From positions 32,001 through 96,000 of IMG/VR virus record IMGVR_UViG_3300037067_006949: a DNA stretch of 64,000 bases; one strand, written 5' to 3'. The notes below the pieces were generated by a model. It was not told where the DNA came from, did not search any database, and was given only the letters and a program-made list of their open reading frames with translations. Positions 28,634 to 37,461 of this stretch are shown piece by piece. This DNA is from a virus (lineage: Duplodnaviria > Caudoviricetes). A program made the translations under genes and the position numbers. Within the stretch, counting starts at the first letter, position 1; the number at the start of each line of letters is the position of its first letter.

Positions 28634-28660
28634 CATAAAATAATGCTTTTAAGTGAAACA

Positions 28661-28686
28661 ATAGGGGAAGAGAAATCTTCCCCTAT
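28661..28686 (+). terminator. hairpin after ssb (terminator-like)
   Basis: ATAGGGGAAGA-gaaa-TCTTCCCCTAT; followed by A-run, so U-tract is on the minus strand only. Confidence 0.5.
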
Positions 28687-28714
28687 AAAAAATATTATGA
28701 AGAAGGGAACATGA

Positions 28715-30646
28715 ATGCTTATTGAAAAAGAGCTTATTCTTGCCTCAAAAGAAAAACTTGGCGAAGATGCAGCAAGGATTATTGCAAAGGATTTAAACCT
28801 ACAACAATGGGATGACGAAAATTTAAAAGCGTTATGTTGTTTTCATCAAGAAGATAGTCCAAGTATGATCTGGTCACACAAAGATAATGCCTTTAAGTGC
28901 TTCGGTTGTGGAAGGCGACTCGGCATTATAGATCATTACATGCAATTCTACGGATTGACATATGTTGGCGCTGTAAAGAAATTGTTTGAAGTCACAGGAC
29001 AAAAATATTCGTTCGGTGAACATGGGGTAAAAACACAAAGGGATTACGTCTATCCCGTTTATGAAAAGTCAGAAGATAGAAGTGCCGTTGAAAAGTATTG
29101 CAAAACCAGAAAGATATCAAAAGAAACACTTGACTATGCAGACGTTCAGCAAGATAAAAATGGCAACGTAGTTTTCAACTTTTATGACGTAAATGATGTA
29201 TTAACTCTTGTAAAATACAGACCTTCTAGACCAGTAACAAAAAAAGAAAATAAAAGCTGGTGTCAAGTCGGAGCAGACACCTCTCCGATTCTTTTTAACA
29301 TGAACAGAATTGACTTTACCAATGGCGCACTTTTAATTTGTGAGGGAGAGTTTGACGCCCTATCAGCAATCGAATCTGGATATAAGAATGTTGTAAGCGT
29401 TCCTCTTGGCGCAAACAATTATGGGTGGATCGAAACAAATTGGGAATGGCTCGAACTGTTCGACAGGATCATTGTATGGTCTGATTCGGATGAAGCCGGA
29501 CTTAAAATGCGTAAAGAAGCTTGCTCCAGATTGGGGGTTTGGAGAACTCTTTATGTTGATCCCCCCACAAAAATAACGCTGGATGATGGAGTCGAAAAGA
29601 AAGTCAAGGACATCAATGAGGTCTTATTTTATTGCGGAAAACAAAAGGTTCTTGATCTGATAAATGAAGCCAAAGAGTTGCCAATTGAAGGCGTAAAGGA
29701 TTTGGCTTCTGTTGAAGATTTTGATATAGAAAAAGCGCCAGGCTTATATTCTGGACTCAAACCTATTGACGATGTTGTCTATAAATTTCTATTTGGAAAT
29801 ACTATTGTGGTTACTGGCAAAAGAGGTGCGGGAAAATCAACCTTATTGAACCAGTGTTTTATATGTGAACCATTGCAACAAAATTATGACGTATTTATTT
29901 TCAGTGGTGAAATGGGTGCTCCAGTTTTAAAAAGTTGGGTAGAGCTTACCATGGCTGGATGCGAAAAAGTTAAGATGAAAGGTGAGTTTATTCATATTAT
30001 AGACCCAATCGCCAAAAGTCAAATAAAAGAATGGTACACAGGAAGAACGTGGATTTATGATCATCCAAGCAATAAAATAGAAGATGTACTAGAAAAGGCA
30101 ATAAGCGTAACCAGAAAATATGGCGCAAAAGTGTGGTTGTTAGACAACCTATCAACAATTGATCTCGGAGCCAACGACAACAATATGTTGGAAAAACAAA
30201 GAGGGCTTATCGTAGAAGTCAACAGACTTGCCAAGTTATATGACGTTCTTGTGGTGCTGGTTGTACACCCAAGAAAGCTACCTGCTGGTCAGGAGATAGA
30301 AGGAGACGACGTTGCTGGCAGCGGTTCTCTTGGAAACTTGGCGCAATATATGATGTCCGTAAAAAGATTTTCTGACAAAGAAAAGGCTGGAGAAAGAGAT
30401 GGCAGGGGAAACTTAAAAAAAGGTAAAGAGCCATTTCAAGAGGATGTTGAGGTAAATATTCTTAAGAATAGATTTACTGGAAGAATAAAGGCAGTTAAAT
30501 TATTCTTCAACTATAAATCATATAGGTTCTTTTCGAATGGCGCAGAATTGTTTAAGAGATATAAATGGAATAAAGATACGTCCCCTATGCCAAAAATAGA
30601 AGATGAGGACGAAAGGTTTGCAATGCCGGAAGCTTTTAATGAATAG
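28715..30646 (+). CDS. primase-helicase (zinc finger + TOPRIM + SF4 helicase)
   Basis: CCFH...FKCFGC; ICEGEFDALS; DSDEAG; KDINE; Walker A GKRGAGKST; VVHPRK; KNR. Confidence 0.9.
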   Translation: MLIEKELILASKEKLGEDAARIIAKDLNLQQWDDENLKALCCFHQEDSPSMIWSHKDNAFKCFGCGRRLGIIDHYMQFYGLTYVGAVKKLFEVTGQKYSFGEHGVKTQRDYVYPVYEKSEDRSAVEKYCKTRKISKETLDYADVQQDKNGNVVFNFYDVNDVLTLVKYRPSRPVTKKENKSWCQVGADTSPILFNMNRIDFTNGALLICEGEFDALSAIESGYKNVVSVPLGANNYGWIETNWEWLELFDRIIVWSDSDEAGLKMRKEACSRLGVWRTLYVDPPTKITLDDGVEKKVKDINEVLFYCGKQKVLDLINEAKELPIEGVKDLASVEDFDIEKAPGLYSGLKPIDDVVYKFLFGNTIVVTGKRGAGKSTLLNQCFICEPLQQNYDVFIFSGEMGAPVLKSWVELTMAGCEKVKMKGEFIHIIDPIAKSQIKEWYTGRTWIYDHPSNKIEDVLEKAISVTRKYGAKVWLLDNLSTIDLGANDNNMLEKQRGLIVEVNRLAKLYDVLVVLVVHPRKLPAGQEIEGDDVAGSGSLGNLAQYMMSVKRFSDKEKAGERDGRGNLKKGKEPFQEDVEVNILKNRFTGRIKAVKLFFNYKSYRFFSNGAELFKRYKWNKDTSPMPKIEDEDERFAMPEAFNE

Positions 30647-30654
30647 GAGTAAAT

Positions 30655-31437
30655 ATGGACGAATTTTATAAGATGGTTACTGACAACATGGTGTACTCTT
30701 TTTCGTCCGTAAGCAGCTTCAAAACATGTCCTCTCATGTTCAAGTTTACGTACATTGATTCTGAAGATCGTAGTAAAAATTGGTATGCGGATTTTGGATT
30801 GTTGATGCATGAAGTCCTTGAAAGATATTTCAAAGGAGAATTGGACATTATGGAATTGTCTACCTTCTATGAAGAGAACTATTCTAAATTTGTCACTTCT
30901 CCTCCTCCGCCCTATCCGGCAGGAATTGCTGTAAGATATTATGAGGACGGTCTGGAATTTTTAAACAACTTTGATTTCAATAAAGACAACTATGATATCA
31001 TAAGCATAGAAGATAAGATAGAAACAACATTTAATGACATAAAACTTGTAGTCAAGCCAGACTTGGTTATGCGAGAAAAATCTACGGGAAATGTGATACT
31101 GTTTGATTACAAAACATCTAATCCGTTCAAAGATAATAGACCCGACAAAAAGAAAATAAAAGACTACGTTAATCAAACATACTTATATTCTTATTTTATA
31201 AATCATACCAAGGATATAAAGATAAGCAAAATAAAACTATGGTTTGTAAGGATCAATAAGTGGTATGAATTCGATTACAATGAAGAAGAAGCCGGAAACG
31301 TTGTAAACTGGTTCTATGATGGAATCTTAAATATAAGATTTGAAGAAAACTTTGATCATTGTGATGTAGAAAAAAACAAGTTCTTTTGTAGTCAATTATG
31401 TTCGTGTAAAAACTATTGTGATTATTGGATAAAATAA
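30655..31437 (+). CDS. Cas4/RecB-like PD-(D/E)XK exonuclease
   Basis: SFSS...CP, PDL...DYKT, QTYLY, C-terminal Cys cluster. Confidence 0.8.
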   Translation: MDEFYKMVTDNMVYSFSSVSSFKTCPLMFKFTYIDSEDRSKNWYADFGLLMHEVLERYFKGELDIMELSTFYEENYSKFVTSPPPPYPAGIAVRYYEDGLEFLNNFDFNKDNYDIISIEDKIETTFNDIKLVVKPDLVMREKSTGNVILFDYKTSNPFKDNRPDKKKIKDYVNQTYLYSYFINHTKDIKISKIKLWFVRINKWYEFDYNEEEAGNVVNWFYDGILNIRFEENFDHCDVEKNKFFCSQLCSCKNYCDYWIK

Positions 31438-32102
31438 TGTATTACTTTAATGATTTGACTGGTCAACGCTTTGGAAAATTATTGGTCATAGAAAGATGTG
31501 AGAATAAGCAATATAAAAATGAAAGAAGCGCCACTCAATGGACTTGCATTTGTGACTGCAATATTGAAAAATTTATTAAAATTACATCCAATGAATTCAG
31601 AAGAGGAAGGACAGATTGTGGATGCGAAAAGAAAATGCAAAGGAAGTGCTATTATGTTCATGGAATGTATAAATCTAGATTGTATAGAATTTTTTATTTG
31701 ATGCTTCAAAGATGTAACAATAAAAAAACAAAATCTTATAAAGATTATGGAGAAAGAGGAATTAAGGTATGCGATGAATGGTCTAAAAAAGATGGCTTTA
31801 TGGAGTTTTATAATTGGTCTATAGGTAATGGATATTCAGAAAATTTAACGATTGACAGAGTTGACAATGACATGGGATATTCTCCAAATAATTGTAGATG
31901 GATTACGAAAGGAGAACAACAGCTAAACAAAAGAAACTCAATCACTATTGAATATAAAGGTATGAAAAAAACCATAAAAGAATGGGCAAAAATATACGAC
32001 CTAAATGTAAATGCTCTATATAGAAGATACGTATACATTGGATTAATGGGAAGCGATTTATTTTTACCATCTAGAAATAAAACTAATAAATCGTGCCCTT
32101 GA
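31437..32102 (+). CDS. HNH homing endonuclease
   Basis: DLTGQRFGKL, YGERGIKVCDEW, TIDRVDND.GYSPNNCRW. Confidence 0.85.
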   Translation: MYYFNDLTGQRFGKLLVIERCENKQYKNERSATQWTCICDCNIEKFIKITSNEFRRGRTDCGCEKKMQRKCYYVHGMYKSRLYRIFYLMLQRCNNKKTKSYKDYGERGIKVCDEWSKKDGFMEFYNWSIGNGYSENLTIDRVDNDMGYSPNNCRWITKGEQQLNKRNSITIEYKGMKKTIKEWAKIYDLNVNALYRRYVYIGLMGSDLFLPSRNKTNKSCP

Positions 32103-32127
32103 CAAAGTAAACAAATTGTGGTAAAAT
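32099..32127 (+). promoter_or_regulatory. sigma70-type promoter for dnaE
   Basis: TTGACA-17-TAAAAT with TG upstream. Confidence 0.78.
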
Positions 32128-32175
32128 TGTGCTATCCAAAGTTAGATAGCACAATTTAATATTAGGAGAAATTAG

Positions 32176-35100
32176 ATGAATAATTATACAATATATCACC
32201 TGCATTCAGACTTTTCATTATTAGACTCGGCTACAAAATATGACGATTATATTTACAAGGCTAAAGAATCTGGAATGCTTTCTATTGGATTCTCTGAACA
32301 TTCTTCGGTTTTTAATTGGATCAAAAAGAAACAAAAATGTGACGAAAATGAAATCAAATATATCCATGGTCAAGAATTTTATATAACCCTTAGCCTAGAA
32401 GAAAGGGTAAGGGATAATTGGCATTGTATCCTTATTGCAAAAAATTTAGATGGCATTAAGGAACTCAACAGGTTATCCAGCATCGGGTATAATCGAGACG
32501 GTCATTACTATTATGATCCTAGAATATCGCTACAAGAACTCATAACAACGAGTAATAACATCATAGTTACCTCTGCCTGTTTGGGAGGAATCTTAAACTC
32601 TGGCAACGAAAATGTCGAAAAGGTATTTTTGGATTTCATGATCGACAATAAGGATAGATGCTTCTTAGAGGTTCAACATCACAATAATGAAGAACAATTC
32701 GCCTATAATAAAAAGCTGTTAGATTTAAGCAATCATTATGGTCTGAGACTTATTGCCGGAACTGATACACACAGCCTTGATAAAAAGCATGAAAAGCTTC
32801 GCACAATTCTACAAAAATCCAAGAACATAAATTTCCCCAACGAAGAAAGTTGGGATTTGGTATTCAAAACATATGACGAGCTTGTAGAATCTTACGCCGT
32901 TCAAAATTCATTACCAAAAAATGTTTATATGGAAGCCATCGAAAATACTAATGTAATGGCAGATATGGTAGAACATTTTGATCTAAGTCTTGAATATAAG
33001 TATCCAAAAATATATGAGAATTCAGATGAGATATTTAAAGAAAAAGTTTATGAAGGATTGAAGAACAAGGGTCTTGGCGATAATAAAGATTACATAAAGA
33101 GAATTGAATACGAAACAAAAGCAATTGCAAAAAATGGTGCAATTGATTATTTGCTACTTCAAGAAAAAATTACGTCGTGGTGTAGAAATAACGATATTAT
33201 GCCAGGATATTCTAGAGGTTCTGTTTCTGGATGTTTATGCGCATATCTTCTCGGAATCACGGATATTGATTCTCTCAAGTTTAACATGAACTTTGAAAGA
33301 TTTATGAATGCAGAAAGAGTCAGTCTTAGCGATATTGATATTGACTATCCGCCCGACAAAAGAGAACAAGTAAAAGAATATATTTTCAACAATCTAGGAT
33401 TAAATTGCTGTGATATTGTTGCATTTAATACGGTTGCAGAAAAAGGTTCAATTAGAGATGTTGGAAGAGCATTAGAAATTCCCCTTTCAGAGATCAATGA
33501 AATTTCAAAGAATGTAGGATCGTGGGGCGGAGAAGAAGATAAGAGAAAATATCCAGAACTTTTTGAGCTTTCCGGTCAATTAGAGGGAGTGATTACTTCA
33601 TCTGGAGTTCATCCGTGTGGCGTGGTAACATCAACGCTTGATCTTGAAGAAGAGCTTGGTACATTTACAACGTCTACCGACATTAGAAGAATATCACAAG
33701 TTGATATGAAAGGTATCGACAGCGTGAATTTTGTCAAGCTCGACATTCTCGGACTAGACAACATTCAGATTATAAATGACACATGTAGGCTTGCTGGAAT
33801 TGAAAGATTAAATCCAGACAATGTTAACTTTGAAGATGAAAAGGTATGGGATGACATTATGGGCAACAGCATTGGCGTTTTCCAATGGGAATCTGATTTC
33901 GCCCACCAGACTTATAAGAAACTGTTCAGTAAAGAAACGTTAAAAAAGATAGAAGAGAAGACAGGCAAGATTGATCGTTTGGCTCTTCTATCCATGGCAA
34001 ATGGCGCAATCCGTCCTGCTGGAGAGTCCTACAGAGATGCCATGTGCGAAGGAGAGTTCAAAGATAATGGGCACGAAGCATTGAACGAAATGCTTAAATC
34101 AACCATGGGTTACTTAGTATATCAGGAAGACATCTTAAGATTTCTTCATGAATTCTGCGGTTATTCCATGGGAAAGGCGGACGTTGTTCGCCGTGGTTTC
34201 GCCAAAAAAGTAGGAACAGAAAAGTTTATTCCACATATTAAGTCCGGCTTTATTAAGACGATGAAGGAAAAATACGGTACACCAGAGGAAGAATCTGAAG
34301 AAATCGTTGAATCATTCCTTACGGTTATTGAAGACGCAAGCCTATATTTGTTCAGCCTAAACCACTCTTATCCGTATAGCATGATTGGATATGTATGCGC
34401 ATACTTGAGATATTATTATAAGCTAGAATTTGTTACAACTATGTTGAATATCAATAAAGACAACATAGAGAAGAGCGCAACGATAATTGATTATGCGAAA
34501 GAGAACAAAATATTAATCAAGTCTCCTAAGTTCAGATTTTCTAGGTCTTCTTACTTTTTTGATAGAGAAACCAATTCAATATACAAGGATTTGTCGTCCA
34601 TAAAATATCTGAATAGCGAATGCGGAGAACAGCTTTATGAAGCAGGGAAATTAAAATTCGAAAGCTTTGTTGACCTTCTTGTGTATATAGAAGAGAATTT
34701 GAAGGTAAATTCAAGGCAATTGGAAACGTTAATCAAAATAAAATTCTTTGACGAATTCGGTGGGAATAAAAAACTTCTAGATGTTTACAAGGAATTCTCA
34801 TCTGGAAAAAATAAATATACGAATAAGTTAAAGGAAGAGACCAAAGCTAAAAGACTAGAGCACATCAAAGAGTTTGAAAAAGAAACGCCAAATGAATTCA
34901 TGAATGTTCTGGATCAAATATACTTTGAACAAGACTCCCTTGGTTACATACAAGCAACTTATGATGGCATAGATAAAAGATTGATTTTCGTAGGGTCTCT
35001 GGACACAAAATATGCCCCAAGAATAGAGGCATACTGTTTGGCTAATGGCAAAATATCATCTTTGAAACTGTACAGGAAAACATATGATTCCAATCCATTT

Positions 35101-35268
35101 GGCGGAGGCGAAATACTTTTTTGCAAATCTTTTGAGAAAAAGAGACCAATAAAATTTGTAGATGGGAAATATGTAGAAGATGCAAATGGAGAATTCCAAT
35201 GGTGGCTTACCAACTATGACATAATTTCTCCAGAAAAATTTAACAAGATATTGAAGGGAGAGAAATGA
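32176..35268 (+). CDS. dnaE: DNA polymerase III alpha subunit (family C)
   Basis: PHP domain HLHSDFSLLDS; SRGS, FERF, DIDID, KLDILGL, FQWES, YQED. Confidence 0.93.
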   Translation: MNNYTIYHLHSDFSLLDSATKYDDYIYKAKESGMLSIGFSEHSSVFNWIKKKQKCDENEIKYIHGQEFYITLSLEERVRDNWHCILIAKNLDGIKELNRLSSIGYNRDGHYYYDPRISLQELITTSNNIIVTSACLGGILNSGNENVEKVFLDFMIDNKDRCFLEVQHHNNEEQFAYNKKLLDLSNHYGLRLIAGTDTHSLDKKHEKLRTILQKSKNINFPNEESWDLVFKTYDELVESYAVQNSLPKNVYMEAIENTNVMADMVEHFDLSLEYKYPKIYENSDEIFKEKVYEGLKNKGLGDNKDYIKRIEYETKAIAKNGAIDYLLLQEKITSWCRNNDIMPGYSRGSVSGCLCAYLLGITDIDSLKFNMNFERFMNAERVSLSDIDIDYPPDKREQVKEYIFNNLGLNCCDIVAFNTVAEKGSIRDVGRALEIPLSEINEISKNVGSWGGEEDKRKYPELFELSGQLEGVITSSGVHPCGVVTSTLDLEEELGTFTTSTDIRRISQVDMKGIDSVNFVKLDILGLDNIQIINDTCRLAGIERLNPDNVNFEDEKVWDDIMGNSIGVFQWESDFAHQTYKKLFSKETLKKIEEKTGKIDRLALLSMANGAIRPAGESYRDAMCEGEFKDNGHEALNEMLKSTMGYLVYQEDILRFLHEFCGYSMGKADVVRRGFAKKVGTEKFIPHIKSGFIKTMKEKYGTPEEESEEIVESFLTVIEDASLYLFSLNHSYPYSMIGYVCAYLRYYYKLEFVTTMLNINKDNIEKSATIIDYAKENKILIKSPKFRFSRSSYFFDRETNSIYKDLSSIKYLNSECGEQLYEAGKLKFESFVDLLVYIEENLKVNSRQLETLIKIKFFDEFGGNKKLLDVYKEFSSGKNKYTNKLKEETKAKRLEHIKEFEKETPNEFMNVLDQIYFEQDSLGYIQATYDGIDKRLIFVGSLDTKYAPRIEAYCLANGKISSLKLYRKTYDSNPFGGGEILFCKSFEKKRPIKFVDGKYVEDANGEFQWWLTNYDIISPEKFNKILKGEK

Positions 35269-35813
35269 AGGTTATTGACACAGAATTGCCAGAGGTAAAA
35301 ATCCTTGAGCCAGAACCATTTATTGATCACAGAGGATTTTTTATGAAAATTTTCAACGAAAAGTTTTTTGAAGAATATATCGCTCCGCTCAAATTTGTTG
35401 AAGAAGATCATTCTGGTTCATATCACAATGTTCTTCGTGGATTGCATTATCAGATAAACAATCCACAAGGAAAATTGATAACCATTACAAGCGGAGAAAT
35501 ATTTGATGTTGCAGTAGACCTCCGAAAATCGTCTCCAAATTTTAAAAAATGGGTAAGTGTAGTTCTGTCTGATAAAAACAAAAGAGAAATTTGGATTCCA
35601 CCTGGTTTTGCTCATGGATTTTATACATTAACACCATGGGCAGAGATTGTATATAGAACAACGGAATTTTATACGCCACAAAACGATAGAACGTTGTTGT
35701 GGAATGATCCAGAGGTAAACGTAAAGTGGCCCTTAATAAAAGACATTTTACCAGTATTATCCACAAAAGATGGCAATGGGAAGTTACTCAAAGACGCAGA
35801 TTGTTTTGATTAG
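35265..35813 (+). CDS. rfbC: NDP-4-keto-6-deoxyhexose epimerase (RmlC family)
   Basis: DHRGFF, VLRGLHYQ, DVAVDLR, IPPGFAHGF, WNDP. Confidence 0.9.
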   Translation: MKVIDTELPEVKILEPEPFIDHRGFFMKIFNEKFFEEYIAPLKFVEEDHSGSYHNVLRGLHYQINNPQGKLITITSGEIFDVAVDLRKSSPNFKKWVSVVLSDKNKREIWIPPGFAHGFYTLTPWAEIVYRTTEFYTPQNDRTLLWNDPEVNVKWPLIKDILPVLSTKDGNGKLLKDADCFD

Positions 35814-35825
35814 GAGACATAACAT

Positions 35826-36539
35826 ATGACAAAAGTAATTCTATTGGCTGGAGGGAAAGGTTCTAGATTGAATGATCCAGCCCCGAAGCCATTAGTAAAA
35901 ATTGGCGGAATACCACTGATCCAACACGTAATGAACACCTATAATTACTTTGGATATAATGAATTTATTTTACTTACGGGTTATAGACATGAAGAATTTG
36001 AAAAATATTTCTACAATATCAATTTGCAATATTCCGTAAAACTTTTAGACACAGGCGAAAACACTGACACCGGAGAAAGAATTAGAAAGGCAAGAAGGTT
36101 TGTTGATGGCGAAATTTTTTGTTTGAGCTATGGAGATGGGTTAAGTGATGTTCATTTATCAGAAGTAGAACATGCATTTCGTTTGAATCGTATTAACGCA
36201 GATTTATTGATTACAACAGTTCATCCTCCAGAAAGATATGGTCTTATATCCCTTGAGAATAAGAATGATAGAGTTTCTAGGGTAATAGAATTTGACGAAA
36301 AACCAAAAAGAACAGATTGGATAAATGGCGGATTTATGGTTTGTGGTAGCAATATATTTAATTATATTGAAGAGGGCGACGTTTTTGAACAACATAGTAT
36401 ACCTAGAATTGTCAAGGCACAAAGACTTTTTGCATATAAACATGACGGAAGTTGGGGAAGCGTGGACACACAAAAAGATTTGAACACCCTTACAAGTTTA
36501 TGGAATGAAGGTAAAGCATTTTGGAGGTCGAATGAGTAG
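35826..36539 (+). CDS. rfbF: glucose-1-phosphate cytidylyltransferase-like
   Basis: LAGGKGSRL, PKPLV, DTG...TGERI, YGDG, WINGGF. Confidence 0.8.
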   Translation: MTKVILLAGGKGSRLNDPAPKPLVKIGGIPLIQHVMNTYNYFGYNEFILLTGYRHEEFEKYFYNINLQYSVKLLDTGENTDTGERIRKARRFVDGEIFCLSYGDGLSDVHLSEVEHAFRLNRINADLLITTVHPPERYGLISLENKNDRVSRVIEFDEKPKRTDWINGGFMVCGSNIFNYIEEGDVFEQHSIPRIVKAQRLFAYKHDGSWGSVDTQKDLNTLTSLWNEGKAFWRSNE

Positions 36540-37461
36540 AGTTCTGGTTACAGGTGCATTCGGATTCGTTGGTCAATGGTTGGTAAAAGAATTACTAAAA
36601 CAAGGAAACGAAGTAACTGTTGTGGCTCACGAAAACACGATGCCATTTCATGGTTGGGTTTCAAGAGATGTCAATGTGGAAAAAGGAGACATTAGGAGCT
36701 ATAGCTTCTTGAAGAGAACCTTCGACCAGAGCAAGCCCGATCTTGTTTTTCATTTGGCAGCACAAGCACTCGTAGAAGAAGCCCTAAAATCTCCATACGT
36801 TACAATGAAAACAAATGTAGGAGGAACAACTAATCTTTTGGAATGTGCAAGAAATTATGGAAAATCAGATAGAATTGTAGTAGCCTCCAGCGATAAGGCA
36901 TATGGAAATGAAAAATCTCCATATGATGAAAATACATCGTTGAACGGAAGATTCCCGTATGATTGCTCAAAATCTTGCACCGATTTGATATCTCAATCTT
37001 ACAGAGATACCTATGGTATGCCAATTTCAATCATGCGTTGTGGGAATATCTTTGGTGGAGGGGATTTCAATTGGAGCAGAGTTTTTCCAGAATCAATAAA
37101 ATCGTGTTATGATCATAGGGCAATGATTATCCGTAGTGATGGAAAATCTATGTTAAGAGACTACATCTATATAGAAGATGTTATTTCTGCATATCTATTT
37201 ATATCTGGTCTTGATCATAATGAGGTTGCCAATGTTTCATACGGCAAAGCAAGAAGTGTGCTAGACATTTTACATACTGTTCAAGAAGAAACTGGTGTTT
37301 ATTATGATCCACAAATAAAGAATACCGCAAAATGCGAAATCAACGTTCAATGTCTCAACGGAGACCACATCAAATCTTTGGGATGGAGTCCACAATATAA
37401 TTTCGATGGAGGAGTAAAAGAAACCGTAGAGTGGTATTACGGTTACTTCGAGTCAATATGA
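36532..37461 (+). CDS. rfbG: CDP-glucose 4,6-dehydratase-like SDR
   Basis: VTGAFGFVG, HLAAQALV, SSDKAY, YDCSK, GNIFGGGD. Confidence 0.8.
   Translation: MSRVLVTGAFGFVGQWLVKELLKQGNEVTVVAHENTMPFHGWVSRDVNVEKGDIRSYSFLKRTFDQSKPDLVFHLAAQALVEEALKSPYVTMKTNVGGTTNLLECARNYGKSDRIVVASSDKAYGNEKSPYDENTSLNGRFPYDCSKSCTDLISQSYRDTYGMPISIMRCGNIFGGGDFNWSRVFPESIKSCYDHRAMIIRSDGKSMLRDYIYIEDVISAYLFISGLDHNEVANVSYGKARSVLDILHTVQEETGVYYDPQIKNTAKCEINVQCLNGDHIKSLGWSPQYNFDGGVKETVEWYYGYFESI

Larger units (their letters stand above)
138..28653. repeat. Dispersed array of 30 palindromic 20-bp sites, consensus C(A/T)TAAAA-N6-TTTTA(A/T)G, at gene boundaries
   Basis: Read directly. Site starts: 138, 2487, 2790, 2981, 4301, 4741, 4768, 5335, 5778, 6383, 9977, 11039, 11291, 11962, 12623, 14915, 16147, 16999, 17945, 18405, 20612, 20839, 21170, 21422, 22797, 23707, 25125, 25313, 26395, 28634 (each 20 bp). 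Degenerate copies near 7692, 12170, 18425, 25502. Confidence 0.93.

Noticed and set aside
138-28653. Palindromic sites as a CRISPR array
   Set aside because: Copies are separated by whole genes at irregular distances and vary internally; no cas operon. The Cas4-like nuclease sits in the replication module.
138-28653. Palindromic sites as intrinsic terminators
   Set aside because: Stems would be almost all A-U with no separate U-tract; a fixed 6-nt spacer with conserved arm sequence points to protein recognition of DNA.
138-28653. Classical integron (IntI/attC)
   Set aside because: No RYYYAAC...GTTRRRY long imperfect hairpins, and no visible IntI-specific insertion in the recombinase.
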